From: an uncultured delta proteobacterium
GTDB lineage: Bacteria > Desulfobacterota > Syntrophorhabdia > Syntrophorhabdales > Syntrophorhabdaceae
Length of the DNA stretch: 64,000 bases
Assembly: GCA_963816115.1 (NCBI GenBank)
Contig: CAWFIZ010000008.1
Coordinates: 189,605 to 253,604, forward strand
Direction of reading: 5' to 3'
In this document: positions 37,110 to 46,800 of the stretch, one piece after another
Layout: the number at the start of each line of letters is the position of its first letter
Numbering within the stretch: the stretch's first letter is position 1
Translations under genes and position numbers: made by a program
The notes under the pieces: generated by a model
Told to the model about the DNA's origin: nothing
Database searches by the model: none
Seen by the model: only the letters and a program-made list of their open reading frames with translations

Positions 37110-37823
37110 ATGAAGGCACTTGTGCTCAATGGTAGTTCGAGGGGGAAGAAGGGGGTCACGTGGAAGATCCTCAATGAACTCATCGGGGGCCTTAAAGAGG
37201 GCGGCTCCGACGTCCGGGAATTCCAGCTCAAGGACCTCGATATCTTTCATTGCAACGCGTGCCTCATGTGTATGCACAAGACCCCCGGAGAATGCGCCGT
37301 CAAGGATGATATGCAGGTGCTGTACGCGCAGATGAAGGAGGCGGACCTTCTCGTGATAGGCTCACCGGTATACACGGACAGCGAAAGCGGGCTTATGAAG
37401 ACCGTTATAGACCGCAGCATGTGCTGCATGGAACCCTTTTTCCGCGTCGACGAGAATGGCAGGGTGCGCCACACCTACGTGTGGAGGATGCCCAAATCCT
37501 TCTTCCTTGTTTCAACCTGCGGCTTCCCTGAATACGAGAACTTTTTCCCCATCATCGCGACATACAAGGCACAGGCCGCCACGTTCGGCTCCGAACCCAT
37601 CGGCGAGATCTGCATCCCCGGCTCGGTGGCGCTCCAGACTGCGCCGCAGTACCTGGATGCACGCCTCGGGCAGGTCCGTGCAGCCGGGAAAGAGCTGGCA
37701 ACGAAAGGTCACGCTTCGGCAGACCTGCTTGCACAATTGAACAGCCCGCCCTTCGATCGTGAAACGTATCTTGCCGTCGTCGCAAAGTACGAGGACTGGT
37801 GCCGGCAACACAGGGGGAAGTGA
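37110..37823 (+). CDS. Flavodoxin-fold NAD(P)H-dependent FMN reductase / iron-sulfur flavoprotein-like protein
   Basis: MKALVLNGSSRGKKG..., a Cys cluster CNACLMC...C, and GSPVY are typical of the family. Confidence 0.7.
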   Translation: MKALVLNGSSRGKKGVTWKILNELIGGLKEGGSDVREFQLKDLDIFHCNACLMCMHKTPGECAVKDDMQVLYAQMKEADLLVIGSPVYTDSESGLMKTVIDRSMCCMEPFFRVDENGRVRHTYVWRMPKSFFLVSTCGFPEYENFFPIIATYKAQAATFGSEPIGEICIPGSVALQTAPQYLDARLGQVRAAGKELATKGHASADLLAQLNSPPFDRETYLAVVAKYEDWCRQHRGK

Positions 37824-37828
37824 TAACG

Positions 37829-37862
37829 GTTTCAGAAGTTTCAAAATTTCAGGGTTTCAGAG
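37829..37862. repeat. Four direct TTTCA repeats with 8-9 nt phasing
   Basis: GTTTCAGAAGTTTCAAAATTTCAGGGTTTCAGAG. TTTCA occurs at 37830, 37839, 37847 and 37855. Confidence 0.7.
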
Positions 37863-38067
37863 AGAGGGAAAAATACCGGGAAAACAGACATTAACTGTTT
37901 CTCCTGCAACCATTTCTACATCACCTACGAGTAAAGCTTTCCCTGCGGGTGCCGGGCAATGGGCTTTAAATCGCGGCTCATGCCTTCACGGGAGGTTTAC
38001 GCGAGTTCCGGGATGAAATGTCAGCTTTTCGAGAAAAAAGAACGGTCGTGAGGGACAGGAAAAAGGC

Positions 38068-39075
38068 TCAGACTTTTTTGCACGCGCAGGAAACAAGCCT
38101 TTCCCCGCACCTGGGGCACCGCTCCATATAGCATCCGTCATGATGGAACCCCCCCGGTTCAACCCCGCACCTGGGGCACCGCTCTTTTTCGTCCTCTGAA
38201 TAACGAACTCGACGATGGGACTCATTGTCCAGGTAGTCAACATATCCGCCGGCGCAGGTGGTCGTCCTGGGGTCGAGCACGTTCTTGCCGCAGTGCCTGC
38301 AAAGGACAACCTCTTTCGTTTCTTCAATGTGGCTTGTCGGCCTTCGTTGTTCCTCGGCCGGTTTTACTGCCGCGACGTCTTTCGGTCCCCCTTCTTTGAT
38401 TTCCCTTTTTGGAAGGACATCTTTTTTTGTTATGGAGACCGCCGTACGAGGGCGCTTAACCCTCTCTGTCGTTTCGATCTTCCTCGTTTTGAGATAGCTC
38501 AGCAGGTTCGATGGCGAGGTTTCAAGTATCCGCGCAAGCGAGGCCTTGCTCACCCCTTTCGAGAGATATTCAACGATAAGCTCTTTTTTTCCGTCAAGCT
38601 TTGAGGGAGAGATGCTGCCCTTTGGCCTCCCTAACACGACCCCGTCTTTTTTCCTCCCGGCGAGGGCACCCTTGATCCGAGCGGAGGCAAATTCCTTTTC
38701 CAATCCGGCAAGCATGTCGAATACGTGTGCCGTGACCTTCGATTGAGCGTCTCCGGGCCCATTCATGTCCATGCCCTGCCTGACGGCAATAAGCCGTATC
38801 CCTCTCCTGGACAGGCTGCCCACGAAACTGACAACCTCGGCAACGCTGTGGCCGATCAGGGAGAGATCCGGGATCATCACCACGTCCCAGCTGCTCATGT
38901 TGACGAACAATTCCTCTATCCTGCGGCCCCTTTCGCCCTTGCCGGAAGATGCCTCGATGGTTATATAGCTATCTACCCGGAGGCTCTTTTCCCCGGCGTG
39001 GGCTTCTATCATGGCCTTCTGGTCACCCGTGTCCTGCTCACCGGACAACAAAAATAGATATGCTATGACGGCCAT
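38068..39075 (-). CDS. Resolvase-fold (serine recombinase-like) protein with HTH and a duplicated Cys-rich zinc-knuckle tail; catalytic residues apparently not conserved
   Basis: The fold pattern aligns by eye with gamma-delta/Hin resolvases (…IAYLFLLSGEQD…, …VVMIPDLSLIGHS…, …GLEKEFASARIKGAL…GRPKG…HTH). The tail carries CRHC, ERCPRCG twice and CAC. Confidence 0.6.
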   Translation of the reverse strand: MAVIAYLFLLSGEQDTGDQKAMIEAHAGEKSLRVDSYITIEASSGKGERGRRIEELFVNMSSWDVVMIPDLSLIGHSVAEVVSFVGSLSRRGIRLIAVRQGMDMNGPGDAQSKVTAHVFDMLAGLEKEFASARIKGALAGRKKDGVVLGRPKGSISPSKLDGKKELIVEYLSKGVSKASLARILETSPSNLLSYLKTRKIETTERVKRPRTAVSITKKDVLPKREIKEGGPKDVAAVKPAEEQRRPTSHIEETKEVVLCRHCGKNVLDPRTTTCAGGYVDYLDNESHRRVRYSEDEKERCPRCGVEPGGFHHDGCYMERCPRCGERLVSCACKKV

Positions 39076-39413
39076 CGATCACCTCGTTCTATTAAATAAT
39101 CCAACATGAGTTATTATAGCATAATAGATGATGATGTAATCAATATATTTTATAACTTGTAAATGACCTACTACTACTAATATTTATTTTATTAGAACAT
39201 TATCAATGTATAAAATATACTATCATTTGACCTCCACCGAAAACATGGGGAAGCAGCCACCACTGAGAAGCGTTTTCAGTTGTCTCAGAGACATGGCGAG
39301 ACAGGTCGGTTATCATCGATAAAAAGTAATATATCTTATGAGTGGTTAAAATTGGTCATGTAAGGTAATCTACTTCCGGGTATATTCGGGCTTATTTAAA
39401 AGAGGGATTTTAT

Positions 39414-41279
39414 ATGGGAAAAGCAGGCATTCAGGTATCACCTCACAACATTCTCAAAAAATATTTCGGGTACAGCGGGTTTCGCGTTCATCAGGAAGAG
39501 GTCATTGACCATCTTGTGGCGGGTGGGGACGCCTTTGTGCTCATGCCGACGGGCAGCGGAAAATCGCTTTGTTACCAGATCCCGGCGCTGATCCGGCCCG
39601 GGGTATGCGTTGTGATCTCCCCGCTCATCGCACTGATGCAGGACCAGGTGGACGCGATACGCGAGCTCGGCATCAGGGCCGGTTTTTTGAATTCCACGCT
39701 GGATGCCCGCGAAGCACGCTCCATCGAACAGCTGGCAATGAACGGTGAATTGGACCTCCTTTACGTAGCGCCGGAGAGGCTCCTGACAGAAAGCTTCATG
39801 GGACTCCTCGACAGGATAGAAATATGTCTCTTCGCGATAGACGAGGCCCATTGCGTGTCCCAGTGGGGCCATGATTTCAGGCCCGAATATTTAAGGCTCA
39901 ATTTGCTTGCCGACATGTTCCCCGGCGTGCCCCGCGTTGCGCTGACCGCAACCGCTGACGATACCACCAGGAAAGAGATAATCGACAAACTGCGCCTTGG
40001 CAGCGCCAGGCGCTTTATTACAAGCTTTGACAGGCCGAACATTCGCTACAGGGTCGGGATCAAGCAGAACGAAAAGGACCAGCTGATAGAGTTCATCGGG
40101 TCTGAGCACCCCGGAGAGTCCGGTATTGTTTATTGCATGACAAGGAAAAAAACTGACGATATCGCGAAGTTCCTTGCAGACAAAGGTTTTGTCGCCCTGC
40201 CATATCATGCCGGTCTTGACAGGGACACGCGGCTGAAGCACCAGAGGCGGTTTCTCCGGGGAGATGGGGTCATCATGGTCGCAACGATCGCTTTCGGCAT
40301 GGGTATCAACAAGCCCGATATCCGCTTTGTCGCCCATCTTAACCTTCCGAAAACGCTGGAAGGTTACTACCAGGAGACCGGCCGCGCCGGCCGCGATGGC
40401 GAGAGCGCCGACGCGTGGATGGTATACAGCATGGCGGATATCGTCATGATGCGGCAGATGCTTGAAAGCTCGCCGGGGGACGATGACTTCAAGGGCATCC
40501 AATACAAGAAAATGGAAGCGATGCTGGGCTACTGCGAAACCGCCAAATGCCGCAGGCATGTCCTGCTTGGATATTTCGGGGAAAACTTTCCCGATACATG
40601 CGGAAGGTGCGATACATGCCTGGGAAATGTGGAAGTATCGGACGGTACCCTCGTCGCGCAAAAGGCCCTGTCATGCGCATACAGGACGGGACAGATGTTC
40701 GGGACCAACTACCTCATAGACGTGCTGATGGGCAAAGACACTTTAAAGATCCGCAATTACGGGCACGACAAGATCTCCACCCATGGAATAGGCGGCGAAC
40801 TCTCCGTGTATGAATGGAGATCGGTTTTCAGGCAGCTTGTTGCCGCCGGACTATTGAAAGTGGATATGAGCAAAAAAGGCGGCCTGCGCCTGTCAGCCAA
40901 ATGCGGCCCCATCCTGAGAGGCAAAGAGACCTTTGAACTGCGCAAAGATCCCCCTCCGATAAAAAAGACCGCCGGGCGGAAAACCTCCAGGGTGTTGCCC
41001 GATACGCCAGGGAAAGAAATGCAGGTCGACGTACAATTTGATCAGGACCTCTGGGAGCGCCTTCGTTCATTGCGACTGGAACTGGCCCGCAAATTCTCCC
41101 TCCCCGCGTACACGATCTTTCATGACAGCACGCTCAAAGAGCTTGCGAATCGTCTTCCAGGAACGCTTGAGGAGATGATGAACATATCAGGGATAGGACA
41201 GGCAAAACTCGACAAATACGGAGAACTGTTCCTTGAGGTCATAAAGCAATACAGAGAGGGAAAGGGTTTGTCTTCCTGA
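39414..41279 (+). CDS. recQ: ATP-dependent DNA helicase RecQ
   Basis: 621 aa. [29 protein letters not shown] and the zinc-binding CRR...CGRCDTC are present. C-terminal HRDC domain ([22 protein letters not shown]). Confidence 0.92.
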   Translation: MGKAGIQVSPHNILKKYFGYSGFRVHQEEVIDHLVAGGDAFVLMPTGSGKSLCYQIPALIRPGVCVVISPLIALMQDQVDAIRELGIRAGFLNSTLDAREARSIEQLAMNGELDLLYVAPERLLTESFMGLLDRIEICLFAIDEAHCVSQWGHDFRPEYLRLNLLADMFPGVPRVALTATADDTTRKEIIDKLRLGSARRFITSFDRPNIRYRVGIKQNEKDQLIEFIGSEHPGESGIVYCMTRKKTDDIAKFLADKGFVALPYHAGLDRDTRLKHQRRFLRGDGVIMVATIAFGMGINKPDIRFVAHLNLPKTLEGYYQETGRAGRDGESADAWMVYSMADIVMMRQMLESSPGDDDFKGIQYKKMEAMLGYCETAKCRRHVLLGYFGENFPDTCGRCDTCLGNVEVSDGTLVAQKALSCAYRTGQMFGTNYLIDVLMGKDTLKIRNYGHDKISTHGIGGELSVYEWRSVFRQLVAAGLLKVDMSKKGGLRLSAKCGPILRGKETFELRKDPPPIKKTAGRKTSRVLPDTPGKEMQVDVQFDQDLWERLRSLRLELARKFSLPAYTIFHDSTLKELANRLPGTLEEMMNISGIGQAKLDKYGELFLEVIKQYREGKGLSS

Positions 41280-41307
41280 GTGCGGCGCGAAACTGTGCCT
41301 GTTCTCT

Positions 41308-41340
41308 TGTCACATGTCAAGGGCAAACCCCTAATGATCA
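41308..41340. repeat. Half copy (left arm plus loop) of the 34577-34633 palindrome
   Basis: TGTCACATGTCAAGGGCAAACCCC is identical over 24 nt. The following TAATGATCA resembles the loop CAAGGATGA. No right arm is present. It lies 28 nt after the recQ stop. Confidence 0.85.
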
Positions 41341-41605
41341 CTCGCCAACAAGCCTCAACTCGCCTGACCGTTAAAAGGCTTTAGCGTGAAGGATCCGGGA
41401 TCGGGAAAATGTGGTTGAACATTGGATCAAACTGTAGGAGAATAGGAAGAAAATCGGTTACGGGCCATGGGTGGGAGTATCTGCAACCCTAAAAAACTCG
41501 CAGCCATAAGAGGGCAGTTTCAGAAGAACGGCCCCGGGGCTTTTCAGGGTTGGAAGTTGGTCTATTGTCCGGATCTAAACAGGGCAATCAAGAGAGAGGT
41601 TCAAC

Positions 41606-42883
41606 ATGACTGACGGAAAATATGAAACGTCCCACAAGAAACAAAGCCCAATGGCCGGCATTATCGGCAATGTCCTTGAGTGGTACGATTTTGCCGTTTT
41701 CGGATACCTTGCCCCGATCATCAGCCTGCAGTTCTTTCCATCCGAAGACAAGATGGCCGGATTGCTCAAAACGTTCGGTGTCTTTGCCATAGGATATGTG
41801 ATCCGCCCTCTCGGTGGAATAATATTCGGTCAGATAGGGGACCGCTATGGAAGAAAAAAGGCACTCGTTATGTCCGTCGCCATGATGGCCATCCCCACAA
41901 CGCTTGTCGGATGTTTGCCCACCTACGCCCAGGTGGGGATCCTGGCACCGCTCCTTATGCTCACCCTCAGGATACTGCAGGGTTTTTCCGTTGGAGGGGA
42001 ACTGATCGGCTCCATTTCATATCTTGTGGAAGTCGCCCCTCCGAAACGTCGCGGCTACCTTGGGAGCTGGTCGCTCTTCAGCGCTGTGACGGGAATATTG
42101 CTTGGTTCAATTGTCGGCGTCATTGTTCATTCCATTATGTCAACACGCGCGCTCCAGGCCTGGGGTTGGCGCCTGCCTTTCCTCGCAGGTCTCGTTATAG
42201 GCGTCGCGGGCGTATGGATGCGCCGGTCCATGGTTGAATCGCCTGAATTTTTGAACGCGGCAAAAACAGGCCAGATACAAAAAGCTCCCGTTATCGAAGC
42301 TATTCGCACCGCCCCCGGCAGGATCTTCCAGGTTCTCCTCATGAATATGGTCATGGGCACCGGCCTTTACATGCTGTTCCTCTGGATGCCCACCTACCTT
42401 CAGGGCATCCTTCACCCTCCAGTTCCCCACGCACTCCTTATCAATTCCATGGCCATGGTCCTCCTCATCTTCGTGATGCCATGCGCGGGCTGGCTCTCTG
42501 ACAGGGTCGGACGGAGGCCCGTCCTCCTCACTGCGGCCTTGGGAATGGGAATAACCGTCTACCCGCTGTTTCTCCTGATCGACAAAGGCGATCCAATGAT
42601 GGTCTTTCTCGCCCAATGTATATTCGCCATATGGGTAGGCGCCCTTTACGGGGTCATGCCGGCAACGATGGGCGAGCTTTTTCCCGCGAACATTCGGTAC
42701 AGCGCCATGGGCCTTGGCTACAATACGGCCTTCGCGTTATTCTGCGGTACCGCGCCCATGGTGAGCACATACCTCATCAAGGCAACCGGCATCCTCACCG
42801 CCCCTGCTATATATCTCATGGTCCTTGTGCTGGTCGGCCTGCCGGCGTACATGCTCCTGAGGACAAGGACAATACCCGGCTGA
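41606..42883 (+). CDS. MFS transporter (metabolite:H+ symporter, ProP/KgtP-like)
   Basis: 425 aa with about 12 transmembrane helices. Motifs GNVLEWYDFAVFGY and GQIGDRYGRKK. Confidence 0.8.
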   Translation: MTDGKYETSHKKQSPMAGIIGNVLEWYDFAVFGYLAPIISLQFFPSEDKMAGLLKTFGVFAIGYVIRPLGGIIFGQIGDRYGRKKALVMSVAMMAIPTTLVGCLPTYAQVGILAPLLMLTLRILQGFSVGGELIGSISYLVEVAPPKRRGYLGSWSLFSAVTGILLGSIVGVIVHSIMSTRALQAWGWRLPFLAGLVIGVAGVWMRRSMVESPEFLNAAKTGQIQKAPVIEAIRTAPGRIFQVLLMNMVMGTGLYMLFLWMPTYLQGILHPPVPHALLINSMAMVLLIFVMPCAGWLSDRVGRRPVLLTAALGMGITVYPLFLLIDKGDPMMVFLAQCIFAIWVGALYGVMPATMGELFPANIRYSAMGLGYNTAFALFCGTAPMVSTYLIKATGILTAPAIYLMVLVLVGLPAYMLLRTRTIPG

Positions 42884-42905
42884 AAAGTGCCCATAGGCGG
42901 TCCCC

Positions 42906-44987
42906 ATGAAAGTATGTGACATCCTGCTGAAACAAGGCTGCGTTGAAGAGAAGTACATTGAAAAAGCGCTCAAGATCCAGGCAGGCAGCAGCAAACCCGT
43001 CGGGGAGATCCTCCTTGAGATCGGCGCGGTGCAGGAAACGGACCTCAAGGGCGCGCTGGACCTTCAAACCGATCTTGAAGCCGAACGTTTTTCGGACAAA
43101 GCCGCCTTCCTGGAGACTATAGAGCCATTCAACGAACTCGATACCGCCGGCCTTGAAGAGATCTGCGAGACCATGGAATGGAAACAATTTGCAGCCGGTG
43201 AAACGGTCCAGAAGGAAGGGACGCAAGGGCAGTTTTTTTACATTCTGAAGAACGGCCTGGCAAAGATATCCATGGAGAAAGACGGCGAAGGGAAGGTCAT
43301 CGGTTTCCTCGGCGAAGGAGATTTCTGCGGCGCCACGGCGCTGCTCTCCGATGGCATCAACCCATCCACTGTCGTGACGATCGAGCAGACACTCTGCCTC
43401 GCTCAGGACGGGAAGGCCTTTGCCGCCATGATAGGCATCCACCCTCAATTTACCGGCTATTTCAATCAACTGATCGTCCGCCGGTCGAAAACTATCTTTA
43501 CCAAACTTCTCGCCACCGGGACAGGGACAATTGCTCAGGTGGAACCCTTCCTGTACAGCAAGCGCGTAAAAGAACTGATCTCCCCGAAGCAGGTTTTCTG
43601 TTCTCAAAGCGACACCCTTGAAGAGGCCGCCCGCAAGCTTGTTGATGAAAACGTCAACACGGCGGTCGTCGTCGGTGACGATAAGGGGCTGCTCGGGACC
43701 CTGGGACTGAAGGAACTTGCTGAGGCTTCCCTCCTCAAGGGCAGTGATCCCCGTCAAACCATCGGCCCTATCATCGAAAAGGATTGCAGCGTCATCGATG
43801 CCGACAGTTACTTCTTTGACGCCCTCCACGAAATGATGAAAAAGAGAAGGGACACCCTCATCGTGATGGGCCATGAGAAGATCGAGGGGGTTTTGACGAG
43901 CCTCGATCTGTTGAGGTTCCGGGGGAGGGAAGTGCTTTCCCTCATACGGAACATAGAGGACGCAAAAAGTTTCGATGAGCTCAACCTCCTGCGGCAGGAT
44001 GTGGAGAACGTACTGAGGGTACTTATAGCGGACGGCGCCGTCGCCTCTCACGCATGCAAGATCGTGAGCGAACTGAACGACAAGATGGTCCGAAGGGTAA
44101 TAAAGCTCGCGGAGGAGGCCACGGGACCGCCGGCGGTCCCCTTCGCGTGGCTCGGCCTGGGAAGCGAGGGGAGAAAAGAGCAAACGCTCCTTACCGACCA
44201 GGACAATGCCGTCCTCTTCGATGCATCCGCAAGCGCTGGGGCAACAGTGTCAGCAGAGGAATATTTCAAGACCCTCTCGGACAGGATCGTGAACGGTTTG
44301 AACCGGTGCGGTTTCCCCCTCTGCAAGGGCAATATAATGGCGACAAACCCCCGGTACTTTGGCGATCTTCCGTCGTGGAAAAACAAGACGACCGAGTGGA
44401 TAAGCGTCTTCGCGGAAAAGGGAAGGGATCTCATCGACATTTATACATTCCTCGATTTCAGGGTTGTTTACGGCAGCGAGGTCCTCGAAGAGGCGCTCAG
44501 GTCCCACGTCATCGGCGAATTTCGGGAAAACCCGGTTTCCCTGAGGGCCCTCGCCCAGCCGATCGTCTCGATCCCCATCCCCATCGGTTTTTTCAAGAAT
44601 TTCATCGTAGAGAAGAACGGCAAGTACAAAAATATGGTCAATATAAAGGTCCACGGGCTTCTCCCCCTGACCACCTGCGTGAAGCTCCTCGCCTTTCACG
44701 AAGGGATCACGGAGGTCAATACCCTCGAGAGGATCAGGAAGCTGGCGGAAAAAGGCGTCATACCGGCCGACCGGTCAGAGTTCATTGAGCAGGCCTTCGA
44801 GACCTTTCTGGCTCTTAAGATCCACAATAACCTGAACAGCCTGGACCAGGGCAGGGATTTCAGCAACAACATCAACCCGGTGCTGCTCGGCACAAAGCAG
44901 AAGCGATTATTGAAGGATTCTTTTCTCGCCGTCTCAGAGATCCAGAAGATCACAAAAGATGTCCTGAGGGTCACAGACAACGCCTGA
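42906..44987 (+). CDS. Cyclic-nucleotide-binding / CBS-pair / DUF294 putative nucleotidyltransferase protein
   Basis: 693 aa. A cNMP-binding-like segment (FFYILKNGLAKI...GEGDFCG), a CBS pair, then a DUF294-like region (WLGLGSEGRKEQTLLTDQDNA). Confidence 0.7.
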   Translation: MKVCDILLKQGCVEEKYIEKALKIQAGSSKPVGEILLEIGAVQETDLKGALDLQTDLEAERFSDKAAFLETIEPFNELDTAGLEEICETMEWKQFAAGETVQKEGTQGQFFYILKNGLAKISMEKDGEGKVIGFLGEGDFCGATALLSDGINPSTVVTIEQTLCLAQDGKAFAAMIGIHPQFTGYFNQLIVRRSKTIFTKLLATGTGTIAQVEPFLYSKRVKELISPKQVFCSQSDTLEEAARKLVDENVNTAVVVGDDKGLLGTLGLKELAEASLLKGSDPRQTIGPIIEKDCSVIDADSYFFDALHEMMKKRRDTLIVMGHEKIEGVLTSLDLLRFRGREVLSLIRNIEDAKSFDELNLLRQDVENVLRVLIADGAVASHACKIVSELNDKMVRRVIKLAEEATGPPAVPFAWLGLGSEGRKEQTLLTDQDNAVLFDASASAGATVSAEEYFKTLSDRIVNGLNRCGFPLCKGNIMATNPRYFGDLPSWKNKTTEWISVFAEKGRDLIDIYTFLDFRVVYGSEVLEEALRSHVIGEFRENPVSLRALAQPIVSIPIPIGFFKNFIVEKNGKYKNMVNIKVHGLLPLTTCVKLLAFHEGITEVNTLERIRKLAEKGVIPADRSEFIEQAFETFLALKIHNNLNSLDQGRDFSNNINPVLLGTKQKRLLKDSFLAVSEIQKITKDVLRVTDNA

Positions 44988-45066
44988 AGGCGGTTCTAAG
45001 TGTTTCGGGAACCCTTTTTTCTCATTGAAGTTGAAGGTACGATATGCCAGAATGGGTAACATCAAT

Positions 45067-46239
45067 ATGCTATCAAAGACAGGGCAGACCGCAATAAAAA
45101 CACCTCAGCAAATAAAGCCGGCCCAGCGGATGTTCTATATCGACAACCTGAGGCTTTTCTTCACGGTCCTCGTCATTCTCCATCACGTCTGCCTGACCTA
45201 CGGCGCTCACAGCGGCTGGTATTTTTACGAGTACCTGCAGGACGCTTTCACGAACCTCTTTCTGAATGTTCTCATGGCGGTGAACAGGACATGGGTGATC
45301 GGGTGTTTCCTGATGGTATCGGGATACTTCACGCCGGGTTCCCTGGACAAAAAAGGTACATGGGGTTTCATGAAAGAGCGCCTCATACGCCTCGGCATTC
45401 CCCTTGCCCTGTTTTCATTCCTCATCCGCCCGACCCTCGTCTATACTATGAACCGGGACACCCTGTCCCAACACTACACTTACCTGGAAAATATCTTTCT
45501 GATGAAGAACGTTGCACCCGGGCCCGCATGGTTCCTGGAGGCGCTTCTCATCTTCTCGTTTGCCTATGCCATATGGAGGCTTGCCGGGAAATCCCGGCTT
45601 GCAGGAGAACGTGCGCAACGGCCTTTTCCCAAGGACCACATTATCGTGCTTTTTATTATCGCACTCGCTGCCTCCACATTCGTGACCCGCATCTTTTTTC
45701 CGACCGAAAGAGAGGTCTTTCATTTACGCCTCGGAAATTACGCCGGATACATCGCGTTCTTTTCCGTGGGGATCGTTGCTTACCGGCACAAATGGTTCGA
45801 TAAGCTAACCGATGCCACGGGCAGGCAATGGACGATCATTACCATAATAACCCTTTGCGTCTACACCTCTTTCGTTATTTCCGCGCGGAGTTCGCATACG
45901 AGCCTGTCCTTTCTCAGGGGCGGCCTGTCCGCAAAGACTCTCATCGCAACATACACGGAAACATTCATTGCCGTTGGAAGCTCCATCAGCCTTGTCCATC
46001 TCTTCAGGAAATTTCTTAACGGCCAGCCGGGTATTGTAAGAACAATGGCAAAGGACGCCTACGCGGTCTTTATCTTTCACGCTCCAATCATCGTTGCGCT
46101 GAGCTACATTGTACGCGGCATGCTTCCGGGATATCCTTTTGTGAAGTTTCTTTCGGTCTTTATTTCCGGAACCGCGCTGTGCTTTCTCATATGCCGGTTT
46201 GTCGTAAGAAAACTTCCTTACGCGCAGAAGATATTCTGA
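45067..46239 (+). CDS. Acyltransferase family 3 membrane protein
   Basis: YIDNLRLFFTVLVILHHV is the typical N-terminal motif. About 10 transmembrane helices. The start is uncertain (45025 TTG, 45052 or 45067 ATG). Confidence 0.7.
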   Translation: MLSKTGQTAIKTPQQIKPAQRMFYIDNLRLFFTVLVILHHVCLTYGAHSGWYFYEYLQDAFTNLFLNVLMAVNRTWVIGCFLMVSGYFTPGSLDKKGTWGFMKERLIRLGIPLALFSFLIRPTLVYTMNRDTLSQHYTYLENIFLMKNVAPGPAWFLEALLIFSFAYAIWRLAGKSRLAGERAQRPFPKDHIIVLFIIALAASTFVTRIFFPTEREVFHLRLGNYAGYIAFFSVGIVAYRHKWFDKLTDATGRQWTIITIITLCVYTSFVISARSSHTSLSFLRGGLSAKTLIATYTETFIAVGSSISLVHLFRKFLNGQPGIVRTMAKDAYAVFIFHAPIIVALSYIVRGMLPGYPFVKFLSVFISGTALCFLICRFVVRKLPYAQKIF

Positions 46240-46311
46240 TAAGCAAAACGGTTGACTACATATTTTTAATAATCTATTATTTTTAATAAATACGAAAAGG
46301 GGGTAAACAAC

Positions 46312-46746
46312 ATGGGTTTTACAACGAGGGGTTATCGCATTGTCATGGTCCTGGTTATGGTCACGATGGTTTTCTTTTTCGCCAGACCCGTATCGGCCTG
46401 TACCTGGGACCCTATTGTGAACAAATGCCACCCCGCGCCCGGCGAGGCCGTGGTGTATAAGCACAATTCATGTAACGGAACGGAATACTATGCATTCAAC
46501 GGCAACAATCAGAATGAATATCCCGATTTCACTAAATTAAAGTGGCCCGATGGAAGCAATCTCAACGACAGCGTTTCCTGCATAGTGGTCGGCCACAAGA
46601 CAACATTCAGGTGCTATCAGCACATAAATTTCGGGGGAAAGAGCGCCCTTATAAAGAACAAATCCAGTGATTCAATGACACAGAAAAAACTTGGCGGGAC
46701 CTGGTGGAATGACAGCATAAGCTCCGTGAAGGTCTTTCGTGATTAG
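46312..46746 (+). CDS. Secreted beta/gamma-crystallin-fold protein
   Basis: Signal peptide, then two Greek-key signatures: VVYKHNSCNG...NDSVSCIVV and FRCYQHINFGGKS...NDSISSVKV. Confidence 0.6.
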   Translation: MGFTTRGYRIVMVLVMVTMVFFFARPVSACTWDPIVNKCHPAPGEAVVYKHNSCNGTEYYAFNGNNQNEYPDFTKLKWPDGSNLNDSVSCIVVGHKTTFRCYQHINFGGKSALIKNKSSDSMTQKKLGGTWWNDSISSVKVFRD

Positions 46747-46800
46747 GAGATAAGGGGTTCTATCGCGGCCCAAACTGTTCAAAAGGAACAGGGAACCATT

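Noticed and set aside
34577-41340. A 6.7-kb repeat-bounded segment considered as an active mobile or invertible element driven by the serine recombinase
   Set aside because: The resolvase-like protein seems to lack the catalytic Arg and Ser residues. The segment carries housekeeping recQ. No target-site duplication or integrase/transposase gene is visible. It is kept only as a hypothesis under the repeat finding.
42816-44183. A 455-aa minus-strand ORF
   Set aside because: It lies entirely antisense to the cNMP/CBS/DUF294 gene, which has clear domain motifs. The antisense product has no recognisable features.
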